NCBI GenBank assembly: GCA_031425235.1
Contig: JANPIZ010000008.1
Coordinates: 27,377 to 91,376, forward strand
From: Candidatus Nomurabacteria bacterium
Lineage (GTDB): Bacteria; Patescibacteriota; Minisyncoccia; Phycocordibacterales; UBA9973
DNA: 64,000 nucleotides
Direction of reading: 5' to 3'
The position numbers and the translations under genes are program-made. Every line of letters starts with the position of its first letter. Within the stretch, counting starts at the first letter, position 1. Shown piece after piece: positions 30,537 through 40,348 of this stretch. The notes under the pieces are model-generated. The model was not told the origin of the DNA. It ran no database searches and saw only the letters and a list, made by a program, of their open reading frames with translations.

Positions 30537-32217
30537 AAATTGTAAAAATTGCAAAGCGGATTTCGTCATACTAAGCGAGGATTTTTCATTTTATGAAAAA
30601 ATAAAAGTACCACCACCGACGTGGTGTTTTGTGTGTCGCCAACAACGCCGCTACGCGTGGCGTAACGAGCGTATATTATATCGTCGTAATTGCGATCTTT
30701 GTCAAAAAAGCACGGTGACTATCTATAGTCCTAACAAGCCGTACAAAGTGTATTGTAATGAATGTTGGTGGAGCGATAGCTGGGATACGACACAATATGG
30801 ACGGGATTTTGATTTCTCAAGACCATTTTTTGAACAATTTGCTGAACTTCAGCGTGACGCGCCGCGCATGGCTCTTTTAAATAAAAATAGTGTAAATTCT
30901 GAATACACCAATCATTCTGCTAATAATAAAAATGCGTATCTTTCTTTTTGTGCCTTTGATAGTGAAAACATAATGTACAGTAACTGGGTCATGAAAAATT
31001 CTCGTGACTGCATGGATTGCAGTTTTATTTACGAAAAAGGTGAACGATTGTTTGAGTGCACTGACTCACGATCAAGTTATCAGTCGCAATATAGCACCTT
31101 CCTAAAGGACTGCTCAAATTGTTTGTATTGTTACGATTGCCATGGATCTAGTGATTGTTTTATGTCCACTAATGTAAGAAATAAAAGCTATGTATTTAGA
31201 AATCAGCAACTCACTCGAGAAGAATATCTTGAGAAAATGAAATCTATAGATTTGTCTTCATATCAAGTGAGAGAAAAATTAAATGAAGAATTTCAAGAAT
31301 TAAAAATAAAAGATGCGATCCATCGCTATGTTATAAGTGAGAGAAATGTAAATTCTGTAGGTTCACTGATGTATGATTGTAAAAATGTTGCCACAGCTTT
31401 TGAAGTCAATAAAAGCGAAGATGCTAAATATATTTACGGAGGACTCGAACTCAAAGGTTGTATGGATATTTACCATGCTGGCTACAATACTGAGCTTTGT
31501 TATGAGCTGCACGGCTGTACTCGGACTTCCAATTGCCAGTTTTGTCATCTTTGTTACGACAATCTGAATATTATGTACTGCGACACATGTCAAAACAGTC
31601 AAAACCTTTTTGGTTGCGTCAGTGTTAAAAAAGGAGAGTATATGATTTTAAATAAAAAATATAACAAAGAAGACTATATAGTTCTCAAAGAAAAAATTAT
31701 TGAACACATGAAAAGTACAAATGAATATGGAGAATTTTTTCCACCCGAAATAGCACCTGTATACTATAACGAAACTCAGGGAAATGTATACATGCCTCTT
31801 AGCAAAGAGGAGGTATTAGGGAAAGGCTGGCACTGGGAAGAAACAACGACAGGGACTTTCGGCAAAGAAACAATCCACAGTAATGATATTCCCGATAAAA
31901 TACAAGATATTCTCGACACTTATTTAAAAGAAATTTTCTCTTGTACGGGATGTTCTAAAAATTATAATATTACTCAAAATGAACTTTTGTTTTACCGAAA
32001 AGAAAATATTCCTTTACCGCGTAAATGCCCGAATTGTCGATACAAAAGGAGGTTTGACCTAAGGCCGTCGAGGGAGCTATGGCATCGGGTATGTATGTGT
32101 GACCAAACCCATACAAACCATGGAGGAAAATGTGGGATAGAATTTAAAACTTCGTACGCCCCAGAAAGACTAGAAAAAGTCTACTGTGAAAAATGTTATC
32201 AGCAAGAGGTCTACTAA
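30514..32217 (+). CDS. Cys-rich zinc-ribbon/solenoid protein, paralog 1 (overlaps the grpE 3' end)
   Basis: CKNCK-x-DF...FYEKIKVPPPTWC-x-x-CR; ends VYCEKCYQQEVY. Confidence 0.9.
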   Translation: MDTKRATRNCKNCKADFVILSEDFSFYEKIKVPPPTWCFVCRQQRRYAWRNERILYRRNCDLCQKSTVTIYSPNKPYKVYCNECWWSDSWDTTQYGRDFDFSRPFFEQFAELQRDAPRMALLNKNSVNSEYTNHSANNKNAYLSFCAFDSENIMYSNWVMKNSRDCMDCSFIYEKGERLFECTDSRSSYQSQYSTFLKDCSNCLYCYDCHGSSDCFMSTNVRNKSYVFRNQQLTREEYLEKMKSIDLSSYQVREKLNEEFQELKIKDAIHRYVISERNVNSVGSLMYDCKNVATAFEVNKSEDAKYIYGGLELKGCMDIYHAGYNTELCYELHGCTRTSNCQFCHLCYDNLNIMYCDTCQNSQNLFGCVSVKKGEYMILNKKYNKEDYIVLKEKIIEHMKSTNEYGEFFPPEIAPVYYNETQGNVYMPLSKEEVLGKGWHWEETTTGTFGKETIHSNDIPDKIQDILDTYLKEIFSCTGCSKNYNITQNELLFYRKENIPLPRKCPNCRYKRRFDLRPSRELWHRVCMCDQTHTNHGGKCGIEFKTSYAPERLEKVYCEKCYQQEVY

Positions 32218-32248
32218 ATATAATTATTACCTACTTTATCAAACTAAA

Positions 32249-32270
32249 TTACTTTACTTAAGTAAAGTAA
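32249..32270. promoter_or_regulatory. Perfect 22-bp palindrome upstream of paralog 2
   Basis: ttactttacttaagtaaagtaa. Confidence 0.5.
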
Positions 32271-32277
32271 ACTAAAA

Positions 32278-34020
32278 ATGGAAAGGAAAAGTGAAAATAA
32301 AATATGTCAGAATTGTAAACAAGATTTCACAATAGATCCAGAAGATTTTAATTTTTACGAAAAAATAAAAGTTCCACCACCGACCTTTTGCGCAGAGTGT
32401 CGTATGGTACGAAGACTCATGTGGAGAAATGAGCGGTCTTTAACTAAGCGGGAGTGTGGGCTATGCCATAAATCGCTCATTTCAATGTATTCTGATGCTG
32501 CACCTGTCTATTGCACAGAATGTTTCCATGGGGGAGACTGGGATCAATTCATAAATGCAAAAGAGTATGATTTTACAAAATCTTTTTTCGAGCAATTGAA
32601 AGAATTATTAAAAATAAATCCACGTTTTTATTCCTACAAATTTGGTAATTTTATAAACTCTGAATTCGTAAATTACGCAAAGGACAATAAAAATGTGTAT
32701 CTATCTTTCTCGACCATTTATTGTGAAGATATTTCCTATTCAAACGTTATAGACAAATCTAAAAAGAGTATGGACTGCTTGAATGTAGATAAAATAGATG
32801 GGTGCTATGAAAATATTTATTGTGAAGGGAATTATAATACAACATATGCGGTAAAGTCTCAAAACTGCATAGACTCTAATTTTATTTATGATTGCTCAAA
32901 TTGCTCAGATTGTTTTATGTCAATGAACCAGAGAAATCAAAAGTATGTTTTCCAGAATCAAAAATTAACAAAAGAAGAATATTTTCAAAAAATTAAAGAA
33001 TATAAGTTGAATACATATTCTGGAATAAAAAAAGCTAAAGAAGAATTTGATAACAGTATAAAAAATAAAGCCTTTCATAAATATGCACTTATCTATGCTT
33101 CTGAAAATGCAACAGGAGACAATGTGCATAATGCTCGTAATCTAAAACAAGTCTTTGATACGTATGAATCTGAAAATATTTCGTATGCAAACAGAGTGCT
33201 ATGGACAAAAGACACTATGGATGTTTCTGGGTGTGGCTACGGTGAGCTTATTTATGAATCTATGGCGGCAACTCAAAATACATTTAAAGATTTCTTTTGT
33301 TATATGACAATTGAAGGATGTCGTGAGTGTGAGTATTCTATTGCCTTAACAAATTGCTCAAATTGTTTCGGTTGTGTTGGGCTCAAGAATACACAGTATT
33401 GTATTTTTAATAAACAATATGAAAAAGAACAATATTTTGAAATGGTTGAGAAAATAAAAAAGCATATGAATGATATGCCGTATGTGGATGAAAAGGGTAG
33501 AGTTTTCGCTTACGGGGAATTTTTTCCATATGATTTATGTCCTTTTGGTTATAATGAAGGAAATGCCCACGACTTTTTTCCAATTTCAAAAGAAGATGCA
33601 TTAGAGCGGGGATATAATTGGAAAGAAAAAGAGAAAAAAGATTATAAAGTAACCATACAAAGCTCAGATTTATTGGATAATATAACTGATGTGTCAGACG
33701 ATATTTTAAAGGAAATAATTTCTTGTCCTAATAATGGCGACCAAATGACGCAGTGTACGAGTGCTTTTAAAATCGTCCCCGCCGAACTGCAATTTTATAA
33801 ACAGAAGAATTTGCCAATACCTCGATACTGTCCTAACTGTAGACATTATGAAAGGCTAAAATATAGAAATCCGATTAAACTTTGGAAAAGGGGATGTATG
33901 TGTGACAAATCCCATGCTCATCACGTTGGGCAATGTAGCATAGAGTTCGAAACCACATATGCTCCCGAGCGAACCGAGAAAGTGTATTGTGAAAAATGTT
34001 ATCAGCAGGAGGTATACTAG
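32278..34020 (+). CDS. Cys-rich zinc-ribbon/solenoid protein, paralog 2
   Basis: Same architecture; ends VYCEKCYQQEVY. Confidence 0.9.
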   Translation: MERKSENKICQNCKQDFTIDPEDFNFYEKIKVPPPTFCAECRMVRRLMWRNERSLTKRECGLCHKSLISMYSDAAPVYCTECFHGGDWDQFINAKEYDFTKSFFEQLKELLKINPRFYSYKFGNFINSEFVNYAKDNKNVYLSFSTIYCEDISYSNVIDKSKKSMDCLNVDKIDGCYENIYCEGNYNTTYAVKSQNCIDSNFIYDCSNCSDCFMSMNQRNQKYVFQNQKLTKEEYFQKIKEYKLNTYSGIKKAKEEFDNSIKNKAFHKYALIYASENATGDNVHNARNLKQVFDTYESENISYANRVLWTKDTMDVSGCGYGELIYESMAATQNTFKDFFCYMTIEGCRECEYSIALTNCSNCFGCVGLKNTQYCIFNKQYEKEQYFEMVEKIKKHMNDMPYVDEKGRVFAYGEFFPYDLCPFGYNEGNAHDFFPISKEDALERGYNWKEKEKKDYKVTIQSSDLLDNITDVSDDILKEIISCPNNGDQMTQCTSAFKIVPAELQFYKQKNLPIPRYCPNCRHYERLKYRNPIKLWKRGCMCDKSHAHHVGQCSIEFETTYAPERTEKVYCEKCYQQEVY

Positions 34021-34835
34021 CTATCAATATTCATTTTTTCGAATAATTTATCAGATTTTTCCTTTGTTATTTTTATTTTCTTTGAAAGTTTCCAAACAAC
34101 ATCAAATTGTGAAGATATCATATCAGCGAACTCTTTGCTTTCAATTATAAATCCAAAATTATCTTTTTGCGAGGAAACAAAAGAAACTTTATTCTCATAA
34201 ATCCAATAACCCATCGAGAAGTTTATATCTTTTGGGGCAATACGTATTTCTCGGATGAATTTCTCACCTGTGCCCATAAAAGGGTAGTCATCCATACTTA
34301 CTACTTGATTTTCTGGCCATATAGCTTCTATGTAGATGCCTCGCCTGACTCTCTCTTTATTAAATTCCTCAAAAAAGTCTTCACCAAGGGATCTCAACAT
34401 ATCTTTTATAGGCCAATAGGACTTACCTTTAATGTTTCTATACAAAAGGAGATCTCTCGGAATATTTTTCATTTCTTCCTTGCCTTCAAATATTTGAAAT
34501 CTAGGCATTACAGATGGCTTCACCCCTTTTCTTATTTCTAAAAAAACATTTTCTATAGCCTGTTTAGTATTTGTTATTTCTTTAATTTTTTCATCCATCA
34601 AGAGGTTAATTTTATCTTGTGATGTCACAGAAAACACCTTCACCCCATCTTTTCTAGATTCTATAACCAATCCCTTTTCCTGGAGATTTTTTAAAAAGCC
34701 GTACAAAGACGGACGGGAGAGTCCAGTTTTCTTTGCAATGTTGCCGGCCGTTTGTCCTGCATTTTCAATTAGAAAAAGGAAGACCTTGGTCTCATCTTCT
34801 TTCAGACCTAAAAATGCAAGTTTTTTATCTATCAT
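34017..34835 (-). CDS. TrmB-family transcriptional regulator
   Basis: LGL-x-x-x-E-x-KVFL-x-L, IAKKTGLSRPSLY-x-x-L-x-x-L-x-x-KGLV wHTH; C-terminal IYENKVSF...FIIES. Confidence 0.85.
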   Translation of the reverse strand: MIDKKLAFLGLKEDETKVFLFLIENAGQTAGNIAKKTGLSRPSLYGFLKNLQEKGLVIESRKDGVKVFSVTSQDKINLLMDEKIKEITNTKQAIENVFLEIRKGVKPSVMPRFQIFEGKEEMKNIPRDLLLYRNIKGKSYWPIKDMLRSLGEDFFEEFNKERVRRGIYIEAIWPENQVVSMDDYPFMGTGEKFIREIRIAPKDINFSMGYWIYENKVSFVSSQKDNFGFIIESKEFADMISSQFDVVWKLSKKIKITKEKSDKLFEKMNIDS

Positions 34836-34937
34836 ACATTAAACTGTATACTATTTTCATTTGTTGTCAAGATTGTGCAACAGTAGTGACACTATTAGGC
34901 ATTTGTGTAATAATTACCTTGTGCGATAATTAATAAA

Positions 34938-36599
34938 ATGAATTCAAAAAACAAAAACTGTGAGAATTGTAAAAATGACTTCCAAATAGAAGTGGAGGAT
35001 TTTTCCTTTTACGAAAAGATGGGAATTCAGGTTCCCAAAATCTGCCCACAATGCAGGCTGCAAAACAGAATGCTTTTTAGAAATTTTAAAACATTATACA
35101 AAAGACCTTCTAGCAAGTCGGGCGATATGATAGTTTCAGTTTACAGCCCTGAAGTAAAATTCCCAGTGTATAGCGTTTTGGAATGGTGGAGTGATGATTG
35201 GGATCCAATGAGCTATGGTATGGATTTTGATAGTGAAAAGCCCTTCTTCTCCCAGCTCTTGGAATTATCAAATAAAGTGCCTCGATGGTCAATGATGAAT
35301 TCTCAATGTGAGAATTGTGAATACTCAAATCAAATAAATAAAAGTAAGAACTGTTATATGATATCAGGTGGGTTAGATGACGAGGACTGCGATTATGGCC
35401 ATATTGTCTGGAATTCAAAAGACTCAATTGATAACTTATACTTGTTTAAATCTGAATCATGCTATGAATGCATTGACTGTGTTGCATCAAACAAGCTTTC
35501 TTACTCCCAAGAGTGTGAAAGTTGCTTAGACAGTATTGGGCTTTTTGATTGTCGGAATTGTTTAAACTGTATTGGATGTGTGGGACTTGTTGGCAAATCA
35601 TACTGTATTTTTAATAAGCAAGTAACAAAAGAAGAGTACAAAGAATTTTTATTAAAATACCCCTTAAATCAAAAAAGCTCCATTGAATATATTTTGAGAG
35701 AAAGAGATACTTTACGAGAAAGTTTGCCCCAGAGATCATTCTTTGGCTCTAGGAACAATGGAGTTTCTGGCAACCATATTTACAATGCCCACAATGTTCA
35801 CTATTCTTTTGATGTTAAAAGTGGTGAGAATTCAAAATTTTGTTTTACTGTAAGAAAAGCCATTGATTCATATGATGCTTCGTTTACTGGTGAATTATCT
35901 GAGTGTTATCAAGTCCTCACTATGCTTAACTCAAATAAAGTCATCGGCTCTGAAACTATATTAGACTCACATGATATATACTATTCAAACAACTGCTATA
36001 ACTCTGACAATCTTTTTGGTTGTTATGGTTTACGTAAAAAATCATATTGTATTTTGAACAAACAATATTCAAAAGAGGAATATATGATTATAAAAGATAA
36101 GATAATTGAGCAATTAAAAAGCACAGGGGACTTCGGAGCATTTTTCCCAAGACAACTCAGCCCTTTTGGCTATAATGAGGCCATTGTAAACGAATATATG
36201 CCAATGACAAAAGATGCAGCCCTAAGTAATGGGTTCACATGGAAAGACAATATACCTGGAACTAAGGGGCAAGGGACAATTGAAAATTCAAAATTACCTA
36301 CCAACCCAGAAGAGTATAGCGATAGACTAATACAAGAAATACTAACTTGTGAAAATTGTGATAAAAATTACAAACTTATAAACAGAGAGATAAATTTTTA
36401 TAAAAAAAATAAACTGTCTATTCCGAATAAATGTTTCAATTGCCGACACGCTGCCCGAATGAAAAAAAGAAACCCAAGAGTACTCTTTGCGGGAACTTGC
36501 GCCAAATGTAATAAAAAAATTCAAACATCATATACGACTGAAGACCAACTTAAATATAAAGTCTATTGCGAAAAGTGTTATCAGCAAGAAGTCTATTAA
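34938..36599 (+). CDS. Cys-rich zinc-ribbon/solenoid protein, paralog 3 (divergent from the TrmB gene)
   Basis: Same architecture; ends VYCEKCYQQEVY. Confidence 0.9.
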   Translation: MNSKNKNCENCKNDFQIEVEDFSFYEKMGIQVPKICPQCRLQNRMLFRNFKTLYKRPSSKSGDMIVSVYSPEVKFPVYSVLEWWSDDWDPMSYGMDFDSEKPFFSQLLELSNKVPRWSMMNSQCENCEYSNQINKSKNCYMISGGLDDEDCDYGHIVWNSKDSIDNLYLFKSESCYECIDCVASNKLSYSQECESCLDSIGLFDCRNCLNCIGCVGLVGKSYCIFNKQVTKEEYKEFLLKYPLNQKSSIEYILRERDTLRESLPQRSFFGSRNNGVSGNHIYNAHNVHYSFDVKSGENSKFCFTVRKAIDSYDASFTGELSECYQVLTMLNSNKVIGSETILDSHDIYYSNNCYNSDNLFGCYGLRKKSYCILNKQYSKEEYMIIKDKIIEQLKSTGDFGAFFPRQLSPFGYNEAIVNEYMPMTKDAALSNGFTWKDNIPGTKGQGTIENSKLPTNPEEYSDRLIQEILTCENCDKNYKLINREINFYKKNKLSIPNKCFNCRHAARMKKRNPRVLFAGTCAKCNKKIQTSYTTEDQLKYKVYCEKCYQQEVY

Positions 36600-36621
36600 A
36601 TGTCGTACTTTTCTTTATTCA

Positions 36622-36646
36622 ACTATCAGCGTACTAGTACGATAGT
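36622..36646. promoter_or_regulatory. TACTAGT-centred dyad resembling the sites flanking trpR
   Basis: actatcagcgtactagtacgatagt. Confidence 0.5.
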
Positions 36647-36705
36647 ATAAGGTTACAAATAAGTTAGTTATTTACCGAAAGATTCAAATAGGACTTTTTT
36701 GGTTT

Positions 36706-36745
36706 CCCCGCCTGCATCAGCTATGCTGAAAGCATTGCGGGCAGG
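36706..36745 (+). repeat. 40-bp palindromic element family C, intergenic copy
   Basis: ccccgcctgcatcagctatgctgaaagcattgcgggcagg. Confidence 0.85.
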
Positions 36746-36750
36746 TTCGT

Positions 36751-37269
36751 CTACTTACTAAAACTTTCCATAAATACTTTTCTTGAGACATCGTCTATAT
36801 TATCTGTAACCAGTATCATAATTTCTGTTGTTAGACCTAAATCTTTTTTTATGTTCATGAAAAGGTGTTCGTATGGATATGGTGAAATCCATGCCGAATT
36901 TTTAAGGCAGACAAACTGCGCTTTTTTGAGTAGGTACCTCAAGCTCTCGCGCTCACTTTTTCGTGATTCGGGAAGATCGAGCAAAATAATTCTCCAATAC
37001 CCATCCCAGTTTGTGCTCGCGAGCGTAGTTTCGTTTTCTAGTGTTAAGCTATGAACCTTTTTCTTGCCTTCTTTGGTGAGGCGGGCGTAGCTTTGATGTG
37101 CAGAGTCGTGAAGCTCCACCAGCCCTCCGCTTACGAGGTTTTTGAGGCTTCTAGATAGGGCGTAGGTGCCTTTTGAATCTTCATTTTCCTTTAGAATTTC
37201 AGTCGGTAATACTGATTTTTGCCCTAGAATCTTCAATATTTTCTTGGAATATTCTTGTTTATTTGACAT
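36751..37269 (-). CDS. PaaX-like regulator (wHTH plus Cas2-like ferredoxin domain)
   Basis: RLTKEG, WDGYWRIILLDLPESRKSERESLR, L-x-x-SAWISPY. Confidence 0.8.
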   Translation of the reverse strand: MSNKQEYSKKILKILGQKSVLPTEILKENEDSKGTYALSRSLKNLVSGGLVELHDSAHQSYARLTKEGKKKVHSLTLENETTLASTNWDGYWRIILLDLPESRKSERESLRYLLKKAQFVCLKNSAWISPYPYEHLFMNIKKDLGLTTEIMILVTDNIDDVSRKVFMESFSK

Positions 37270-37361
37270 ACGTATATATTATAATATATAATCTCATTTA
37301 ACAAGTATTTCGTGATCGCTAAATACTTGCAAATATTTTCCACACGTATATAATATAAAAT

Positions 37362-37754
37362 ATGGACGAAGGAAAAGTACAACAAAAAACTATAGAGGAA
37401 TGGAAAGAACTCTATTTGCAAAGGTTTAAAGATTTTCATGATAATTTTTCAGATGAAATTCCCGAAGAGATATTACACGGTCCTAATTCAAAAAACTTTA
37501 GCTCTGAAAATTATAAATTCAAGGTACGCGGTAATTGGTTTGTTGCAGTTAGGAATAATTTTGAGAATGCAGCAAGAATGAAAATATTTCCAGAAGAATT
37601 TAACAAAGAGTGGAGATCTTTTTTTAAAGCTTACGGAGAAAAGATGTCTAAATCTGGAGTTTGGGAAAATGTCACTAGAACAACAAAAGAGGATATTGAT
37701 ACAGCAAACAATTTTTTATTAAAAGCACAAGAAATTATAAATTTAACAAAATAA
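37362..37754 (+). CDS. Hypothetical protein
   Basis: 130-aa ORF with an upstream TATAAT; ends 4 nt before dnaK. Confidence 0.65.
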   Translation: MDEGKVQQKTIEEWKELYLQRFKDFHDNFSDEIPEEILHGPNSKNFSSENYKFKVRGNWFVAVRNNFENAARMKIFPEEFNKEWRSFFKAYGEKMSKSGVWENVTRTTKEDIDTANNFLLKAQEIINLTK

Positions 37755-37758
37755 ATAT

Positions 37759-39675
37759 ATGTCAAAAATAATAGGTATAGACTTAGGTACAACAAACTCA
37801 GCATTTGCCGTCATTGAAGGTGGTGCACCAAAAATTATTGAAAATATTGAAGGTGCTCGCACGACACCGAGTATTGTTTCTGTTGCTAAAAATGGCGACA
37901 GGCTTGTAGGACTTCTTGCAAAACGTCAGGCTGTGACAAACCCAGAAAACACTGTCTACGGTATCAAGCGCTTTATGGGCCACAATTTCGAAGATCCTGA
38001 AGTTCAAAAAGATTTAAAAAACGCATCCTTTAAAATTCAAAAAGGTGCGAGCGGTGGCGTAGAAGTAATGATCGGTGACAAGTGGATGCGACCGGAAGAA
38101 ATTTCTGCGATGATCCTCGGTAAAATGAAAGCTGATGCGGAAGCAAAACTTGGGGAAAAAGTTACTGAAGCGGTGATCACTGTTCCTGCATATTTTAACG
38201 ATGCACAACGTAAAGCCACCAAAGACGCTGGAGCTATCGCAGGGCTCGACGTAAAACGTATTATCAATGAGCCGACAGCAGCAGCGCTTGCATATGGATT
38301 TAATAAAAAGAAAAATGAAAAAGTCGTCGTGTATGACTTTGGAGGAGGAACATTCGATGTGTCAGTACTTGAGATCGGTGATGACGTTATCGAAGTAAAG
38401 TCGACAGATGGAGACAGCCACCTTGGAGGTCGTGATATTGACCATAAGGTCATTGCCTGGATTGCAGAAGAATTCAAAAAGACTTCTGGTATCGATGTTC
38501 GTAATGACAAGCTAGCCTTACAACGCCTCGATGAAGCGGCAGAAAAAGCAAAAATAGAACTTTCTACGTCTATTGAAACTGAAATAAATATTCCGTTTAT
38601 TACTTCTACTGCGGAAGGTCCACAACACTTACTCCTAAAAATGACTCGGGCTCAACTCGAAGCTATCGCAGATGAATATATCACTCGTTCGATCGAGATC
38701 ACAAAGCGTGCAATGGCGGCATCTGGTTTCAAAATAGAAGACATGAATGAGATCATAATGGTTGGAGGTCAGACACGAATGCCAAAGATCGTTGAAGAAG
38801 TAAAAAATGTTTTTGGTAAAACTCCAAACCTTTCTATCAACCCTGACGAAGTGGTGGCTCTCGGTGCAGCGGTGCAAGCGGGAGTATTACAAGGTGATGT
38901 GCGTGACGTGCTTCTCCTTGACGTGATTCCGCTTTCGCTGGGTATTGAAACACTCGGTGGAGTAGCTACAAAACTTGTCGAGAGAAATACAACTATCCCG
39001 TCGAGTAAATCCCAAACATTCTCCACTGCTGCTGACAATCAAACATCTGTAGAAATACACATTGTTCAAGGTGAACGCCCAATGGCGAGCGACAACAAAT
39101 CTCTCGGACGATTTATCTTGGACGGAGTGCCACCAGCACCACGAGGTATGCCCCAGATTGAAGTGTCATTTGATGTGGATGCAAACGGAATTTTGAACGT
39201 AACTGCAAAAGATAAAGCGAGTGGTAAAACTCAATCCATCAAAATCGAAGCAAGTTCAGGACTAAAGGATGAAGATATCAAAAAAATGCAAGCTGATGCT
39301 GAACTTCATGCCGAAGAAGATAAAAAGAAAAAGGAGGTCGTCGATGTAAAAAATACCGCTGAAATGACTATGTATACTGCTGAAAAGGCACTGAAGGATG
39401 CAGGTGACAAGATTCCAGCAGAGTTAAAGAGTGAGGTTGAAGCAAAGATAACAACACTCAAAGGAGTAAAAGATGGCACAGATGGCGAAGCCATAAAGAA
39501 GGCGACAGAAGAACTTTCCGCTGAAATGTCAAAGATAGGTGAAGCGATGGCAAAAGCCGGAGCCGCACCGGAAGCTGGAACAAATCCGACACCTGAAGAA
39601 CAGCCAGCGGAAGTAGAAGCAAAAGACGCAGAATTCAAAGAAGCTCCAAAGGAAGGAGAAGAAACAAAAGCATAA
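37759..39675 (+). CDS. dnaK: Chaperone DnaK
   Basis: [40 protein letters not shown]. Confidence 0.98.
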   Translation: MSKIIGIDLGTTNSAFAVIEGGAPKIIENIEGARTTPSIVSVAKNGDRLVGLLAKRQAVTNPENTVYGIKRFMGHNFEDPEVQKDLKNASFKIQKGASGGVEVMIGDKWMRPEEISAMILGKMKADAEAKLGEKVTEAVITVPAYFNDAQRKATKDAGAIAGLDVKRIINEPTAAALAYGFNKKKNEKVVVYDFGGGTFDVSVLEIGDDVIEVKSTDGDSHLGGRDIDHKVIAWIAEEFKKTSGIDVRNDKLALQRLDEAAEKAKIELSTSIETEINIPFITSTAEGPQHLLLKMTRAQLEAIADEYITRSIEITKRAMAASGFKIEDMNEIIMVGGQTRMPKIVEEVKNVFGKTPNLSINPDEVVALGAAVQAGVLQGDVRDVLLLDVIPLSLGIETLGGVATKLVERNTTIPSSKSQTFSTAADNQTSVEIHIVQGERPMASDNKSLGRFILDGVPPAPRGMPQIEVSFDVDANGILNVTAKDKASGKTQSIKIEASSGLKDEDIKKMQADAELHAEEDKKKKEVVDVKNTAEMTMYTAEKALKDAGDKIPAELKSEVEAKITTLKGVKDGTDGEAIKKATEELSAEMSKIGEAMAKAGAAPEAGTNPTPEEQPAEVEAKDAEFKEAPKEGEETKA

Positions 39676-39682
39676 TTAATAC

Positions 39683-39714
39683 ACTAAAAAGCCCTCTAAA
39701 GAGGGCTTTTTAGT
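39683..39714 (+). terminator. dnaK terminator, near-duplicated at 40211
   Basis: actaaaaagccctc-taaa-gagggctttttagt. Confidence 0.8.
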
Positions 39715-39761
39715 TATGCACTTTTTGGTGTTTGACAAGAAATATTTAGGGTGTACTCTGA

Positions 39762-39920
39762 AAACAGAACAGTTCCTACTCTGTTTCCTGTCTATTCTTA
39801 GTTTTTTTGAAGAAAGCTAAGACCTATCACATTTACCCGTTTTACTTCGAGGTTTAGTTGCAATCAGCTAAACCTCACCCCAATCACTTTTAAACAGCCC
39901 ATAAGGGTTTTTCTTTTTTT
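39762..39920 (+). ncRNA. Candidate structured small RNA
   Basis: TTGACA-N16-TACTCT promoter, several hairpins, terminal hairpin plus T-run, no ORF in the track. Confidence 0.4.
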
Positions 39921-39976
39921 ATACATGATATAATCTATTTAGGCCGATATTATAAATTTAATCGTAAAAATGTAAT

Positions 39977-40192
39977 ATGGAAAATAATAACTCAGGAAGC
40001 AATACAAACACAATCCTTATTGTTGTTGTATTGATCATCCTTGTTGGTTTAGGAGTATGGTGGTTTACTATGAGGTCTGCACCAGCAAATGATACTTCAG
40101 GTATCGATGTTAATGTAGATTTGCCAGGTGGTGACACAGGCGCAGGTGGCACAGTGCCGACTGGTAGCGGAGGAGGATCAGCAGTGGAATAA
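39977..40192 (+). CDS. Small single-pass membrane protein with a Gly-rich tail
   Basis: ILIVVVLIILVGLGVWWF TM helix. Confidence 0.75.
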   Translation: MENNNSGSNTNTILIVVVLIILVGLGVWWFTMRSAPANDTSGIDVNVDLPGGDTGAGGTVPTGSGGGSAVE

Positions 40193-40210
40193 AAATTTAA
40201 AATGATTTTT

Positions 40211-40240
40211 ACTAAAAAGCCCTTGATAGGGCTTTTTAGT
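40211..40240 (+). terminator. Intrinsic terminator
   Basis: actaaaaagccct-tgat-agggctttttagt. Confidence 0.75.
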
Positions 40241-40256
40241 TGGGTGCATATTTGGT

Positions 40257-40332
40257 ACCCTGTAGTAGATTTTAGAAAGATGATTTTATTTAAAATCACG
40301 CTAAAAAGCATTTCCAAAATTCACTACAGGGT
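40257..40332. repeat. Palindromic element family A
   Basis: accctgtagtagatttt...aaaattcactacagggt. Confidence 0.7.
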
Positions 40333-40348
40333 GGTATAGTTTATATAT

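Noticed and set aside
36751-37269. CRISPR-Cas system suggested by the Cas2-like domain
   Set aside because: No repeat-spacer array, cas1 or effector genes are visible; the wHTH plus WDG-x-WR architecture fits a PaaX-like regulator.
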